DNA of 51,537 bases from Candidatus Tayloriibacteriota bacterium (GTDB lineage Bacteria; Patescibacteriota; Minisyncoccia; Phycocordibacterales; PALSA-1337). A program made the position numbers and the translations under genes. The stretch lies in assembly GCA_903857825.1 (NCBI GenBank), contig CAIOGI010000007.1:1-51537 (forward strand), read 5' to 3'. Below, in pieces: positions 36,779 to 48,163 of this stretch; positions within the stretch are counted from its first letter, which is position 1; each line of letters starts with the position of its first letter. The notes beneath the pieces were generated by a model. That model had not been told where the DNA came from, made no database searches, and saw nothing but the letters and a program-made list of their open reading frames with translations.

Positions 36779-37675
36779 TTACCATCTACCACTTGCGCCA
36801 CCACCTCCAGAGCTACCACCTCCAAATCCGCCGAACCCACCGCCACCGAAACCTCCCCCACCCGTTCCTCCAAATCCTCCCCAGAAACTACCCCCAGGAC
36901 CACCCTTACCAGCATTTTTTGAGACGATGAAATCAAGTAACAATCCTAGTACTGTCAAACCAACTATGGCAAGCAAACCAGTAATAATAGAACCATAAAT
37001 AATACCAATGATAATACCAATAATTCCACCAGCAACACCTCCGAGCCACCAAGACTTTGTACTTCCAAGAACACTTGCCACAAATATAAAGACAAAGAAA
37101 CCATATTTAAATATAAAATCCCATTTACCATTTTCTGCTTTTGTATTTACCTGATTTACAACTGTACCTGGAGAATAATTTGTACCACCATCTATAACAG
37201 AGATTATTGCTTTTGTACCAGAAAGAATTCCAGAACTATAGTCTCCTTTTTTGAATTCAGGTAAAATAATATTTTGAATTATTCTATTTGATTGTGAGTC
37301 TGTTAAGACTCCTTCGAGACCATAACCCACCTCTATCTTTATTTCCTTATCTGCAATTGAAATCAATAGTAATACACCATTATTTTTACCCCCTACACCA
37401 ATTTTCCATTCTTCAAAGAGTTTAACAGCATAACTTTCAACTGTTTCATTGCCTAGAGAATTTATTGTTACTACAGCTATTTGAACTGTTGTTGATGAAT
37501 TATAGTTTGATAAAATGCTTTTTAATTCTGATAATACTGGAGTACTAATTACTTTTGCATAGTCATTTACAAACCCCTGAGGCTTGCCTGGACTTGTGTA
37601 TGCATGTGAAATATACGCAAACGAAAGTAGCGTTAGAGTGAAAAATAATTGTGCGAGAAAAATAGCTCGCCGCAT
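36779..37675 (-). CDS. TPM domain protein (YgcG-like)
   Basis: FVNDYA, QIAVVTI, GVLLLI, IEVGYGLEG and a Gly-rich tail GGGSSGGGGASGRW. Confidence 0.93.
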   Translation of the reverse strand: MRRAIFLAQLFFTLTLLSFAYISHAYTSPGKPQGFVNDYAKVISTPVLSELKSILSNYNSSTTVQIAVVTINSLGNETVESYAVKLFEEWKIGVGGKNNGVLLLISIADKEIKIEVGYGLEGVLTDSQSNRIIQNIILPEFKKGDYSSGILSGTKAIISVIDGGTNYSPGTVVNQVNTKAENGKWDFIFKYGFFVFIFVASVLGSTKSWWLGGVAGGIIGIIIGIIYGSIITGLLAIVGLTVLGLLLDFIVSKNAGKGGPGGSFWGGFGGTGGGGFGGGGFGGFGGGSSGGGGASGRW

Positions 37676-37678
37676 ATA

Positions 37679-38236
37679 TTAGAACTTAACCTGTGGAGCA
37701 TTTTCAGCACCAGCTGTTGCCTCGAAATACGATCTTTCATTAAAACCAGTTAATGAAGCTATTATAGAACTTGGAAATCTCATTACTTTTAGATTGTATA
37801 TTTTAACCGCATCATTAAACCTCATTCTTTCTGTACTTATACGATTTTCAGTTCCTTCTTGCTGAGACATGAAACTCTGCATAGCCTCTGAAGATTTCAA
37901 TTGTGGATAGTTTTCTGTAATTACGAGCAATCTGCCTAGAGCGCTTTCTACCTCACCAGCCGCTTTTGCCTTAGCATCTGGAGTTGTTGCACCTGAATAT
38001 TTTGTTCTTGCATCAGCGATAGCGGTAAATACTGCTTGCTCTTGTTTCATCACTCCCTTTACTGACTCTACTAGATTTGGTATTAGATCATAACGTCTTT
38101 GGTATACAGTCTCGACTTGTTTCCACTGTGTATCAGCACTTATACTATTTGTTACCAAACCATTATAAGTAGAAACACCATATATAACGAGTATGACGAC
38201 TAGAACCAGGACACCTATTAATATTTTTTTCATCAT
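37679..38236 (-). CDS. lemA: LemA family protein
   Basis: YNGLV, QRRYDLIPNLV, ENYPQLKS, TENRIS..RMRFN. Confidence 0.95.
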   Translation of the reverse strand: MMKKILIGVLVLVVILVIYGVSTYNGLVTNSISADTQWKQVETVYQRRYDLIPNLVESVKGVMKQEQAVFTAIADARTKYSGATTPDAKAKAAGEVESALGRLLVITENYPQLKSSEAMQSFMSQQEGTENRISTERMRFNDAVKIYNLKVMRFPSSIIASLTGFNERSYFEATAGAENAPQVKF

Positions 38237-38263
38237 TTTGTATTTATTTTTAATTAAATAAAA

Positions 38264-38941
38264 CTACTTTGTGGGTGAAGCCTTTGTTTCATCTTGTCCC
38301 ACCGGTCCAATTATAAAGGTAAATGATTTAACCATGTCTTTGAACTGTGAATCTGCTGTATCTACTAATAATACATTTCTAGCACCAATTTTCTGAGCCT
38401 CTGCACCGGTGTATCCTTTATTTGATGGGCTAAGAGTGATTGATGTGAGTGTAAAGTAATAACAAATAGAATTCTTCTGTAGGGTATACATTCTATTGAA
38501 GTAATTTCTTCCTTGAATAGTATTTAACATTGAAATCATGCTAAATGTTAAATCCTTTACCTTCACACTACTTCTCTCTTTTACCGTAGTAACAGGTGGG
38601 AAACTACATGTGCCAGAGATGACGTCAATCTTTGATTCCAATCTACCAATAGTGTTCTTTTCTGTAGAATCAACAATAGGTACTGTAAATGATACATTTG
38701 AAGGTGATTCTAATCTTTCCCAAGCAGTTGGATATTTTACAGAAAATCCTAATTCATCATTTTTATATTCTGAAAGCTTGTCAGACACCTTTACTGTTTG
38801 ACTTGTGGGTACTGAGACAGTCGTGCTTGAGGCGTTCTTATTATCAGGATTAGGTACTGGTAAAATAGGTGAGTTACTCATTTTCCATATCACCAAACCA
38901 ACAATAACCAATACAATTACAACAATTAATGTTTTTTTCAT
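38264..38941 (-). CDS. membrane-anchored PsbP-like hypothetical protein
   Basis: N-terminal TM helix; YKNDELGFSVKYPTAW and FKDMVKSFTF. Confidence 0.7.
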   Translation of the reverse strand: MKKTLIVVIVLVIVGLVIWKMSNSPILPVPNPDNKNASSTTVSVPTSQTVKVSDKLSEYKNDELGFSVKYPTAWERLESPSNVSFTVPIVDSTEKNTIGRLESKIDVISGTCSFPPVTTVKERSSVKVKDLTFSMISMLNTIQGRNYFNRMYTLQKNSICYYFTLTSITLSPSNKGYTGAEAQKIGARNVLLVDTADSQFKDMVKSFTFIIGPVGQDETKASPTK

Positions 38942-38963
38942 GATTGGAATATTATAGCAAAAA

Positions 38964-40616
<1,653 letters not shown>

Positions 40617-40637
40617 TTAATAAAAGAGGGTCCAATT

Positions 40638-40952
40638 TTACTTTAATATAGCTAATAACTCTGATTCCCTAACTATATAATATTCTTCACCATCTATTTG
40701 AATCTTATCTCCCCACTGGAAAAGAACCTCATCTCCAATCTTTACAGAAATCGGTATAAGTTTTCCATCTTCATAATGACCCTCTCCAATAGCCACTATT
40801 TCTCCTTTTTTTCCACCTTTATCTTCATTTACTGTAATCGGAATAATGATACCGGAAGCTGTTTTCTTCTCCTTGCTATTTATGTCTTCCTTTATAAGCA
40901 CTCTGTCACCTAATGGCTTTACCTTTTTCGAAATATCTATATTTTTAGACAT
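40638..40952 (-). CDS. groS: co-chaperonin GroES
   Basis: KPLGDRVLI, TASGIIIP, VKIGDEVLF. Confidence 0.97.
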   Translation of the reverse strand: MSKNIDISKKVKPLGDRVLIKEDINSKEKKTASGIIIPITVNEDKGGKKGEIVAIGEGHYEDGKLIPISVKIGDEVLFQWGDKIQIDGEEYYIVRESELLAILK

Positions 40953-41050
40953 ATTTTTGTTATTAAAAGTTAATAATGAGTGAGGATATTATATCTGAGT
41001 GTGGATATCTCACAACTTGACAATGTGGTATGTGGGTGATATAAAGGTGA

Positions 41051-41629
41051 ATGGAAAGGATGCTGGTAGTAAACAAAACCAGCAAAAACTTAGCGACCAT
41101 GAACAATCGGGAAATGTGCCATCTCCTTCGAAAGTTTGGAAAACCCGTCCTCAATCACAGTGGACCCATGTTGGGACTATATCAGCAACTGAGTCTGATG
41201 CGCGTGTACCAGTTTATTACCTTACCACTGGTACTACTGCTAGGATACGTCTCTATCTATGAGAGGTTTGAGTACGGAGCACCGACAAGACTAAGTCTAG
41301 CTTGCATCGCCATCGGATTTGTGGCGATCCTGTTCAATCTGATCTTTGAGTGCAAAACCATAAAGGTTATCGGAGCTATGGAGATAATCAAGGAGTTGAT
41401 TAGTCCAGAAGATGATTGGTCCGACTTTCTAATCTGGTTTAATAACGAAGAGAACTTTCGTCTGGAGGTATCAAGACAAATAGGATCAATTCGTAGATCG
41501 GGTCAAGACGAAAGAGGACGACTTACCTCTCAGGTACAAAAAGCCATGGTACTTCTTACTGGACAGCGAGTGCAGCTAGGGGTAGAAACGGTTGAGAGAA
41601 ATACGGATCCAGTACCTGCTACCGGTTAA
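41051..41629 (+). CDS. orphan two-TM membrane protein (GC-richer cassette)
   Basis: 192-aa ORF with two hydrophobic segments; promoter-like TTGACA at about 41017; strong terminator downstream. Confidence 0.65.
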   Translation: MERMLVVNKTSKNLATMNNREMCHLLRKFGKPVLNHSGPMLGLYQQLSLMRVYQFITLPLVLLLGYVSIYERFEYGAPTRLSLACIAIGFVAILFNLIFECKTIKVIGAMEIIKELISPEDDWSDFLIWFNNEENFRLEVSRQIGSIRRSGQDERGRLTSQVQKAMVLLTGQRVQLGVETVERNTDPVPATG

Positions 41630-41640
41630 AATGTTACTAC

Positions 41641-41684
41641 CACCCCTCCTCCGCGAACAGTTCGCGCGGGAGGGTGATTTTTTT
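41641..41684 (+). terminator. intrinsic terminator
   Basis: CACCCCTCCTCCGCGAAC-A-GTTCGCGCGGGAGGGTG followed by ATTTTTT. Confidence 0.8.
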
Positions 41685-41724
41685 ATATTTTTTACTAAAA
41701 TACAATTACCTATTATAAATAATA

Positions 41725-42249
41725 TTACCAAGTATTACATGCGACAGGATTTTCACTGCATATCATCCACGCCCAATTTGGGCGAGCAGGATCATAAAAT
41801 CTTTGACCCACACCAGGATAACTTTCAGCACTACCATGTACTAAAAATTTATAATTAGTGCCATCAGAAGTATAAAGATATCCATTGCAACTTCCTGGTG
41901 CAGCTGGATCAGTAGGTAAAATTGAAATATAAGTTGGAGCTAATCCTGCTATGTAAGCATTGGGACCACTCAATATCGTATTATTAATTCCACAGGGTGC
42001 AGTACTTACTCCACCCCATGTTTGTGGGTACGGTAGTGGATATGTTCCTTTATCATTATAGTATAATGCAAGAGCTGTTCTGATTTGGACCAAATCTTGC
42101 GTACGTTTCGCATCCCTCGCCTTTGCCCTTGCACTACTCAAACTCGCCAAGACTACAGAAGAAAGTAAACCAATAATAGCTATGACGACAAGAAGTTCGA
42201 TCAGTGTGAACCCTCCTCTGCTATTTAAAAAGATTCCTTTATTTTTCAT
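41725..42249 (-). CDS. type IV pilin (GspG-like)
   Basis: GG|FTLIELLVVIAIIGLLSSVVLASLSSARAKARDAKR...YYNDKGTYP...LPTDP. Confidence 0.93.
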   Translation of the reverse strand: MKNKGIFLNSRGGFTLIELLVVIAIIGLLSSVVLASLSSARAKARDAKRTQDLVQIRTALALYYNDKGTYPLPYPQTWGGVSTAPCGINNTILSGPNAYIAGLAPTYISILPTDPAAPGSCNGYLYTSDGTNYKFLVHGSAESYPGVGQRFYDPARPNWAWMICSENPVACNTW

Positions 42250-42289
42250 AATATATAAGATAAAATCATCAAATCACTAACGTTAAGTT

Positions 42290-42871
42290 TTAGTTACTAA
42301 TAGTTGGCGGACTGTAATAACAGCTTGAGTTAACACGCTTTAGATCGTAAGTTCCACTAGAAACACCATTACTACCAACACAGATTAAATTTCCACTACT
42401 CATTAACATTGTAATACCATATCCTGCAGGATATGGTATTTGCCATGGACTATTGGTAAATTGCTGTTGAATACTTATAAGTAATGGCTGGTTGGGTGGG
42501 TTAAAGGAAGTAAAACCACCGATTTTAAATAGAGCATGACAAATAGAGATTATATTATTTTTTTCTTCTACAGATAAAAAAGATGGTGGTGAATCACAAT
42601 TACTATCTCCAAAATATCCAGCCCAATTATTAAGCCATAACTGATAATCATTTTGATTATATGTTATTAATGATGATTGTATAATTTTAAACATTTGAAC
42701 AGCTTGTTGCGTTATTGCTGATTCCCTCGCCTTCGCCCTAGCACTACTCAAACTCGCCAAGACTACAGAAGAAAGTAAACCAATAATAGCTATAACAACA
42801 AGAAGTTCGATCAGTGTGAACCCTCCTCTGCTATTTAAAAAGATTCTTTTATTCTTAAAAGATTGATTCAT
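42290..42871 (-). CDS. type IV pilin
   Basis: Same GG|FTLIELLVV...ARAKAR N-terminus, with an unrelated Cys-containing C-terminal domain. Confidence 0.92.
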   Translation of the reverse strand: MNQSFKNKRIFLNSRGGFTLIELLVVIAIIGLLSSVVLASLSSARAKARESAITQQAVQMFKIIQSSLITYNQNDYQLWLNNWAGYFGDSNCDSPPSFLSVEEKNNIISICHALFKIGGFTSFNPPNQPLLISIQQQFTNSPWQIPYPAGYGITMLMSSGNLICVGSNGVSSGTYDLKRVNSSCYYSPPTISN

Positions 42872-42873
42872 GT

Positions 42874-43152
42874 CTACCTATTATTAGGAACTGCCCGCAT
42901 ATTTGGAATCATCATTGCACCAGGTGGTATAACAACTTTCTTTTTTCCAATACTAGTAAAATTCATAACTATAACAATAGAAGTAAGTATAACGGCAAGA
43001 ATGGCAATACAGACAAGAACAAGCTGGGCTTGCGCAAAACTTTTTGCACCCATTTTCATAGCAATCCTAATAAGAAAAGTATCTTTTTCTTTTTGAAAAT
43101 TAGTATTTAAATTTCTTACATATTTATCACCTTCAAATTGAACATCGCTCAT
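42874..43152 (-). CDS. hypothetical single-pass membrane protein
   Basis: 92-aa ORF with one TM helix, coupled to the pilin genes. Confidence 0.75.
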   Translation of the reverse strand: MSDVQFEGDKYVRNLNTNFQKEKDTFLIRIAMKMGAKSFAQAQLVLVCIAILAVILTSIVIVMNFTSIGKKKVVIPPGAMMIPNMRAVPNNR

Positions 43153-43185
43153 ATATTAAGATTATACTATAATACTTTTTATTGT

Positions 43186-45660
43186 CTACATACCATGACA
43201 CTTTTTAAATTTCTTCCCCGACCCACATGGACATGGATCATTTCTACCTACTTCAGGTTTTTTAGAAACTTCTGCATTGGAGTTTTTACTTCCATCTCCT
43301 TGCCCTATCATTTGAGCTTGTTCATGAACTTCTTTTAATTCAACTGCTTCTGGCGTAGCTATAACACCGGCTATATGAGGAATTAATTTTATTATTTGTG
43401 CATTTATTACTTCCTGCATTTCTCTAAATAATCTCAAACCCTCTTTTTTGTATTCAACAAGTGGATCTCGCTGACCATATGCACGAAGATTCACACTAGA
43501 TCTTGTGTAATCCATTATTTCCAAATGTTCAACCCAAAACATATCAATAGTCTGAAGCATTAACTGTCGTGCTACAGTTAGGAATCTATCCTTTCCAACC
43601 TGAGCTATCTTATCCTCTACTGCCTTCTTGGCATCAACATTTTCACCGACAACTTCCATTACTCTGGCTTCTACTTCTTCTGTAGTACCAACGAGAATAC
43701 TTCTACGTCTTTCATATACAGTCTTTCTCTGATGATTCAGGACATCGTCATATTCGAGAATATGCTTTCTTGAATCAAAATTAAAACCTTCTATCTTTGT
43801 CTGTGCACTTTCTAGAGATCTACTTACTATACTATTAACTATTGGTTCATCTTCCGCAACACCGAGTTTGCCCATAAGTTTCTTTATAGTATCTGATGCA
43901 AAAATACGCATCAATGAATCCTCAAGTGAAACGAAAAATTGAGTCGCTCCGGGATCTCCTTGTCGTCCAGATCTACCTCTTAGTTGATTGTCGATTCTTC
44001 TTGCTTCATGCCTTTCTGTACCTAGCACGAACAAACCACCGAGGGATTTTACCTCTTCATATAATTCTTTATTTCCAGGATTTCCGCCAAGTCTGATATC
44101 CACACCACGACCCGCCATGTTTGTGGCTATTGTTACTCCAGCTTTCTTTCCTGCTTGTGCGATTATTTCTCCCTCTCTTTCATGATTCTTTGCATTCAAA
44201 ATCTCATGAGGCACACCTTCTGCCCTTAGAAAATCTGATAGGACTTCGTTTTTTTCGATAGATACGGTTCCAATCAAAACTGGTTGACCTAACTTATTTA
44301 ATTCTTTTACTTTCCTTGCTATAGCCTTGTACTTCCCAATCTCTGTTTGAAAAATAAAATCATTAAGGTCTTTTCTCTGTGTTGATTTGTTTGTAGGTAT
44401 CACTAGAGTTTCAAGGCCATATACCTTATAGAACTCCTCGCTAGAAGTAGACGCTGTTCCAGTCATACCTGAAAGCTTTTTGTAAAGTCTAAAATAATTT
44501 TGGAAAGTAATAGATGCGAAAGTCCTAGACTCTTTCTGAACTGAAACATTTTCCTTTGCCTCAATAGCCTGATGAAGTCCATCTGACCATCTTCGCCCAG
44601 GCTGAAGTCTACCAGTGAAAGTATCGACAATGACTATTTGATTGTCTTTTACTACGTACTCAGTATTTAAATTAAATAAAGCCTTTGCCTTTACCGCAGT
44701 TTCCATATGATGAACATACTTTATACCTTTTTCTGTATAAATATTTTCAACACCTAGATTCTTTTCAGCTTTCTCAATCCCACTTGGCAACATAGAAATA
44801 GATCTTTGTTTCTCATCAACAGTATAATCTTCATCTTTAACAAAACTTTTAACCATATTTGCGAAGGTATGATAAAGATTCTCTGAATCAGTTGTGGGAG
44901 AAGAAATAATAAGAGGAGTTCTTGCTTCATCAATCAAAATAGAGTCAATCTCATCAACTATTGCATAGTTAAATGGTCTTTGACGAAGCTTGCTTGATTC
45001 ATACTCTAGATTATCTCGTAAATAATCAAAACCAAATTCATTATTTGTACCATAGGTAATATCAGCATGATACGCTTCACGTCGAGTAACTGGTCTTAAA
45101 AATTCATGTACAACTTTGAAAGAACCTAGATCATCTCTTTGTTTATCCATTTCAGTGTGAGTCGGATCATAAACAAAAGATGATTCATGATTTATAACTC
45201 CAGTTGATAATCCAAGAAAATTATATATTTGCCCCATCCATACAGCATCACGTCGTGAAAGATAATCATTTACAGTAACAACATGAACTCCTTCACCAGA
45301 TATAGCATTGAGATATGCAGGTAAAGTAGCAACGAGAGTCTTTCCCTCTCCAGTTCTCATTTCAGCTATACTTCCACTGTGTAGTATTGATCCTCCAATG
45401 AGCTGCACATCGAAATGTCTTTGTTTAAGTACCCTATTCGAAGCTTCACGAACAACAGCAAATGCTTCTGCGGATATTTCATCCAGTGTTTCTCCTTTAT
45501 TTAATCTATCTTTAAACTCAGTCGTTTTTGCTTTCAGTGCATCATCTGATAAAGCAGAAATAGTCGGCTCAAAATCATTGACCTTCTTCACAATTGGTTC
45601 ATGTTTCTTCAATGCTTTCTTATTCGGATCACCAAAAATATTTTTTAATTGAAATGCCAT
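43186..45660 (-). CDS. secA: protein translocase subunit SecA
   Basis: MRTGEGKT, IVDEIDSILIDEARTPLIIS, NQLRGRSGRQGDPG and SEC-C motif GRNDPCPCGSGKKFKKCHG. Confidence 0.98.
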   Translation of the reverse strand: MAFQLKNIFGDPNKKALKKHEPIVKKVNDFEPTISALSDDALKAKTTEFKDRLNKGETLDEISAEAFAVVREASNRVLKQRHFDVQLIGGSILHSGSIAEMRTGEGKTLVATLPAYLNAISGEGVHVVTVNDYLSRRDAVWMGQIYNFLGLSTGVINHESSFVYDPTHTEMDKQRDDLGSFKVVHEFLRPVTRREAYHADITYGTNNEFGFDYLRDNLEYESSKLRQRPFNYAIVDEIDSILIDEARTPLIISSPTTDSENLYHTFANMVKSFVKDEDYTVDEKQRSISMLPSGIEKAEKNLGVENIYTEKGIKYVHHMETAVKAKALFNLNTEYVVKDNQIVIVDTFTGRLQPGRRWSDGLHQAIEAKENVSVQKESRTFASITFQNYFRLYKKLSGMTGTASTSSEEFYKVYGLETLVIPTNKSTQRKDLNDFIFQTEIGKYKAIARKVKELNKLGQPVLIGTVSIEKNEVLSDFLRAEGVPHEILNAKNHEREGEIIAQAGKKAGVTIATNMAGRGVDIRLGGNPGNKELYEEVKSLGGLFVLGTERHEARRIDNQLRGRSGRQGDPGATQFFVSLEDSLMRIFASDTIKKLMGKLGVAEDEPIVNSIVSRSLESAQTKIEGFNFDSRKHILEYDDVLNHQRKTVYERRRSILVGTTEEVEARVMEVVGENVDAKKAVEDKIAQVGKDRFLTVARQLMLQTIDMFWVEHLEIMDYTRSSVNLRAYGQRDPLVEYKKEGLRLFREMQEVINAQIIKLIPHIAGVIATPEAVELKEVHEQAQMIGQGDGSKNSNAEVSKKPEVGRNDPCPCGSGKKFKKCHGM

Positions 45661-45706
45661 AGTATGAGCTACTATATCACAATTTTAACCATAAAAAAAG
45701 CAACAA

Positions 45707-45741
45707 AAAAACAACCCGACTTTATGTCGAGCTGTTTTTAT
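45707..45741 (-). terminator. intrinsic terminator after the Lys-rich microprotein
   Basis: Minus strand AAAAACAGCTCGAC-ATAAA-GTCGGGTTGTTTTTT. Confidence 0.8.
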
Positions 45742-45746
45742 TTAGA

Positions 45747-45821
45747 TTATTTTCGTGACTTCTTTGACTTCTTTGCTTTCTTTGTCGTCTTCTTCGTTGT
45801 CTTTCGTGTTTTCTTTTTCAT
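45747..45821 (-). CDS. 24-aa Lys-rich microprotein (absent from the ORF track)
   Basis: MKKKTRKTTKKTTKKAKKSKKSRK*; own promoter (TTGTAA...CATAAT/TAATGT, 45933-45962) and terminator. Confidence 0.6.
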   Translation of the reverse strand: MKKKTRKTTKKTTKKAKKSKKSRK

Positions 45822-46039
45822 AGGAGTTATTAGAAAATTATTTTTATTACTTAAAATTAATTTTCTTTTATTTATTTTAGAGTTCTAACGAAGCAAACAA
45901 TTTTCGACTTAATATAAATTGTGTACTTAGTTACATTATGGGGCATGCAGAATTATTTACAATAGATATTTTAAAAAAACTGTGGACAACTTAAAAAAAA
46001 TTAAAAAATATTTATTAAAAAATATTTCTACTTTACTAT

Positions 46040-47059
46040 TTAGTTTAAATATTCAACTTCTGTTTCGATTTCAATTCCGGTTTCTTCGAAAACTTTATCA
46101 ACCATTTTTTGTGCAAGATCAATTATTTCTTTTGCTGTAGCATTTCCAAAATTTACAAGTACGAGAGCTTGATTCTGATACGTTCCAACATTTCCCTTTT
46201 TTACTCCACGAAAACCACAAACATGATCAAGTATCCAAGCTAATGGTATTTTTACTTTCTTATTATTAACAGCGTGCACAATCATATCTGGGTATTTAGC
46301 AAGTAATTCCTGAGCCTTTGCACTAGATACAATTACATTTTTGAAAAACGATCCAGCAGTACCATATTTCCTCAAATCAGGAAGTTTTCTACTTCGTATA
46401 TCTAAAACTATTTCTCTCATTTGTTTGAGTGTGGGCACTTTAATTCTCTTTACGGCAAAAGCTTCTTGTATATCTTTATATCCAAAATTTAATCTGCCTT
46501 TTTTATTTAATTTAAAAGTCACTGACAAGACCACATATCTCCCCTCCTCTTCTTTAAAAATTGAATTTCTATAATCAAATTTACATTCATTATTTGTAAA
46601 AGTTTTGTATTCATCCTTTTGCATGTCTAAAACATAAACTAATTCTATAGTATCTTTCGCTTCCACTCCGTATGCTCCAATATTCTGTACTGGTGATGCG
46701 CCTACGGTTCCGGGAATTCCAGAAAGATTTTCTAAACCATAAAATCCCATGCCGACCATCTTTTCAACAAACTTATCCCAGTCTTCACCTGCCATAGCAG
46801 TCACGTGTACTACATCACCATCTTCGGCATGCACTATTCCAGTCATTTCCATCTTTATCACAAGTCCTTGATAGCCTTCATCTGCAACAAGAATATTAGA
46901 ACCACCACCGAGTACAAAAACAGGAACTTTATTTTTCTTTGAAAAGTTAAAGGCTTCGATTAAATCATTTTCATTTTTGACAACACAAAAAAATTTAGCA
47001 GGCCCGCCAATTTTAAAAGTTGTATATTCCTTCAATGAGACGTTTTCTTGGATTTTCAT
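46040..47059 (-). CDS. murB: UDP-N-acetylenolpyruvoylglucosamine reductase
   Basis: TTFKIGGPA, LGGGSNIL, GIPGTVGASPVQNIGAYG, YRNSIFK, AGSFFKN. Confidence 0.96.
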   Translation of the reverse strand: MKIQENVSLKEYTTFKIGGPAKFFCVVKNENDLIEAFNFSKKNKVPVFVLGGGSNILVADEGYQGLVIKMEMTGIVHAEDGDVVHVTAMAGEDWDKFVEKMVGMGFYGLENLSGIPGTVGASPVQNIGAYGVEAKDTIELVYVLDMQKDEYKTFTNNECKFDYRNSIFKEEEGRYVVLSVTFKLNKKGRLNFGYKDIQEAFAVKRIKVPTLKQMREIVLDIRSRKLPDLRKYGTAGSFFKNVIVSSAKAQELLAKYPDMIVHAVNNKKVKIPLAWILDHVCGFRGVKKGNVGTYQNQALVLVNFGNATAKEIIDLAQKMVDKVFEETGIEIETEVEYLN

Positions 47060-47069
47060 GGCAATTTGA

Positions 47070-47162
47070 AAAATTGAGACTCGGCACGGTGAGGAGGTCC
47101 TACTTTTTTGAGTTTACGAAAAAAAGAGGAGCCTCCGAGCGCAAGTCGACGAGTCCAATTTT
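47070..47162 (-). repeat. dispersed palindromic element, copy 3 (93 bp), without the nested module
   Basis: Reverse complement reads AAAATTGGACTCGTCGACTTGCGCTCGGAGG...CCTCCTCACCGTGCCGAGTCTCAATTTT; ends 10 nt before the murB ATG. Confidence 0.85.
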
Positions 47163-47214
47163 TCTAAAACTTCCGTGTCTGCGATGCAATACAATCTATT
47201 TCTACATACTCCAA

Positions 47215-47314
47215 ATAAATTGCGCCAAATGTTGGTGAACGGGTGTTAGCTCCAAATATAATGTCTAAATTAAAATGTGAGTACAGCCGTCCACCATCAC
47301 TTGGAACAACCTAT
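47215..47314 (-). ncRNA. candidate 100-nt rod-shaped structured RNA
   Basis: Extended -10 TGcTATACT at 47319-47327; AUAGGUUGUUCCAAGUGAUGGUGGACGG pairs with CCGUUCACCAACAUUUGGCGCAAUUUAU using several G-U pairs on the minus strand. Confidence 0.55.
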
Positions 47315-47374
47315 CATAAGTATAGCAAATGTACTAGAAAAATAAATGTCTAGTTTTGTTGAAAAGTATTATGG

Positions 47375-48121
47375 CTATCTCTTCTTACCCTGATTTGTTA
47401 CTGCCTCAATCGCCTTCTTTATATCCTCCTCATTACCTAAAAAATATTTCTTTGTGGGTTTTAGATTTTCATTTAACTCATATACAAGCGGAATTCCAGT
47501 CGGCAAGTTCAATTCTACTATATCTGCGTCAGAAACATCTTCAAGATTTTTTATCAGTGCTCTCAAACTATTACCGTGAGCTACTATCATTATTTTCTTT
47601 CCAGATTTTATCGCCGGAACAATCTCCTCATTCCAATATGGCAAAAAACGTGCAATCACCTCTTTTAGCGACTCTGTTAAAGGCAACTCCTCTTTCGGCA
47701 CATCGGTGTATATGGGGTCGTTTCCTGGATACATTGGACTTTCGATCGTTAGAGCGGGAGGTGGAATATCAAAACTTCTCCTCCATATTTTTACCTGTTC
47801 TTCTCCATACTTTTCTGCAGTTTCTGATTTATTCAATCCCTGCAAGGCGCCATAATGTCTCTCGTTTAATCTCCAAGATCTTTTTATTTCTATATTTTCT
47901 TGACCAATCTCCTCAAGAACTATTGAGAGAGTTCTTTTTGCTCTTTTCAGTAAAGAATTGAAAGCGACATCAAAAACATATCCGTCTTTTTTTAGAGCCT
48001 GACCACCTCTATGTGCTTCTTCAATTCCTTTTTCAGACAAATCTACATCAACCCATCCACAGAAGCGATTCTCCTTATTCCACTCACTTTCTCCATGTCT
48101 AATTAATACAATTTTATACAT
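47375..48121 (-). CDS. gpmA: 2,3-bisphosphoglycerate-dependent phosphoglycerate mutase
   Basis: [29 protein letters not shown]. Confidence 0.97.
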   Translation of the reverse strand: MYKIVLIRHGESEWNKENRFCGWVDVDLSEKGIEEAHRGGQALKKDGYVFDVAFNSLLKRAKRTLSIVLEEIGQENIEIKRSWRLNERHYGALQGLNKSETAEKYGEEQVKIWRRSFDIPPPALTIESPMYPGNDPIYTDVPKEELPLTESLKEVIARFLPYWNEEIVPAIKSGKKIMIVAHGNSLRALIKNLEDVSDADIVELNLPTGIPLVYELNENLKPTKKYFLGNEEDIKKAIEAVTNQGKKR

Positions 48122-48163
48122 AATGAGTGATTATACAAAACAAAATGACTTTTTCAAAACTTC

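Noticed and set aside
36785-36910. GC-rich CCA/CCG repeats
   Set aside because: They encode the normal Gly-rich tail of the TPM-domain protein.
40953-41050. CIRCE element upstream of groES
   Set aside because: No TTAGCACTC-N9-GAGTGCTAA is present; only isolated CACTC half-matches.
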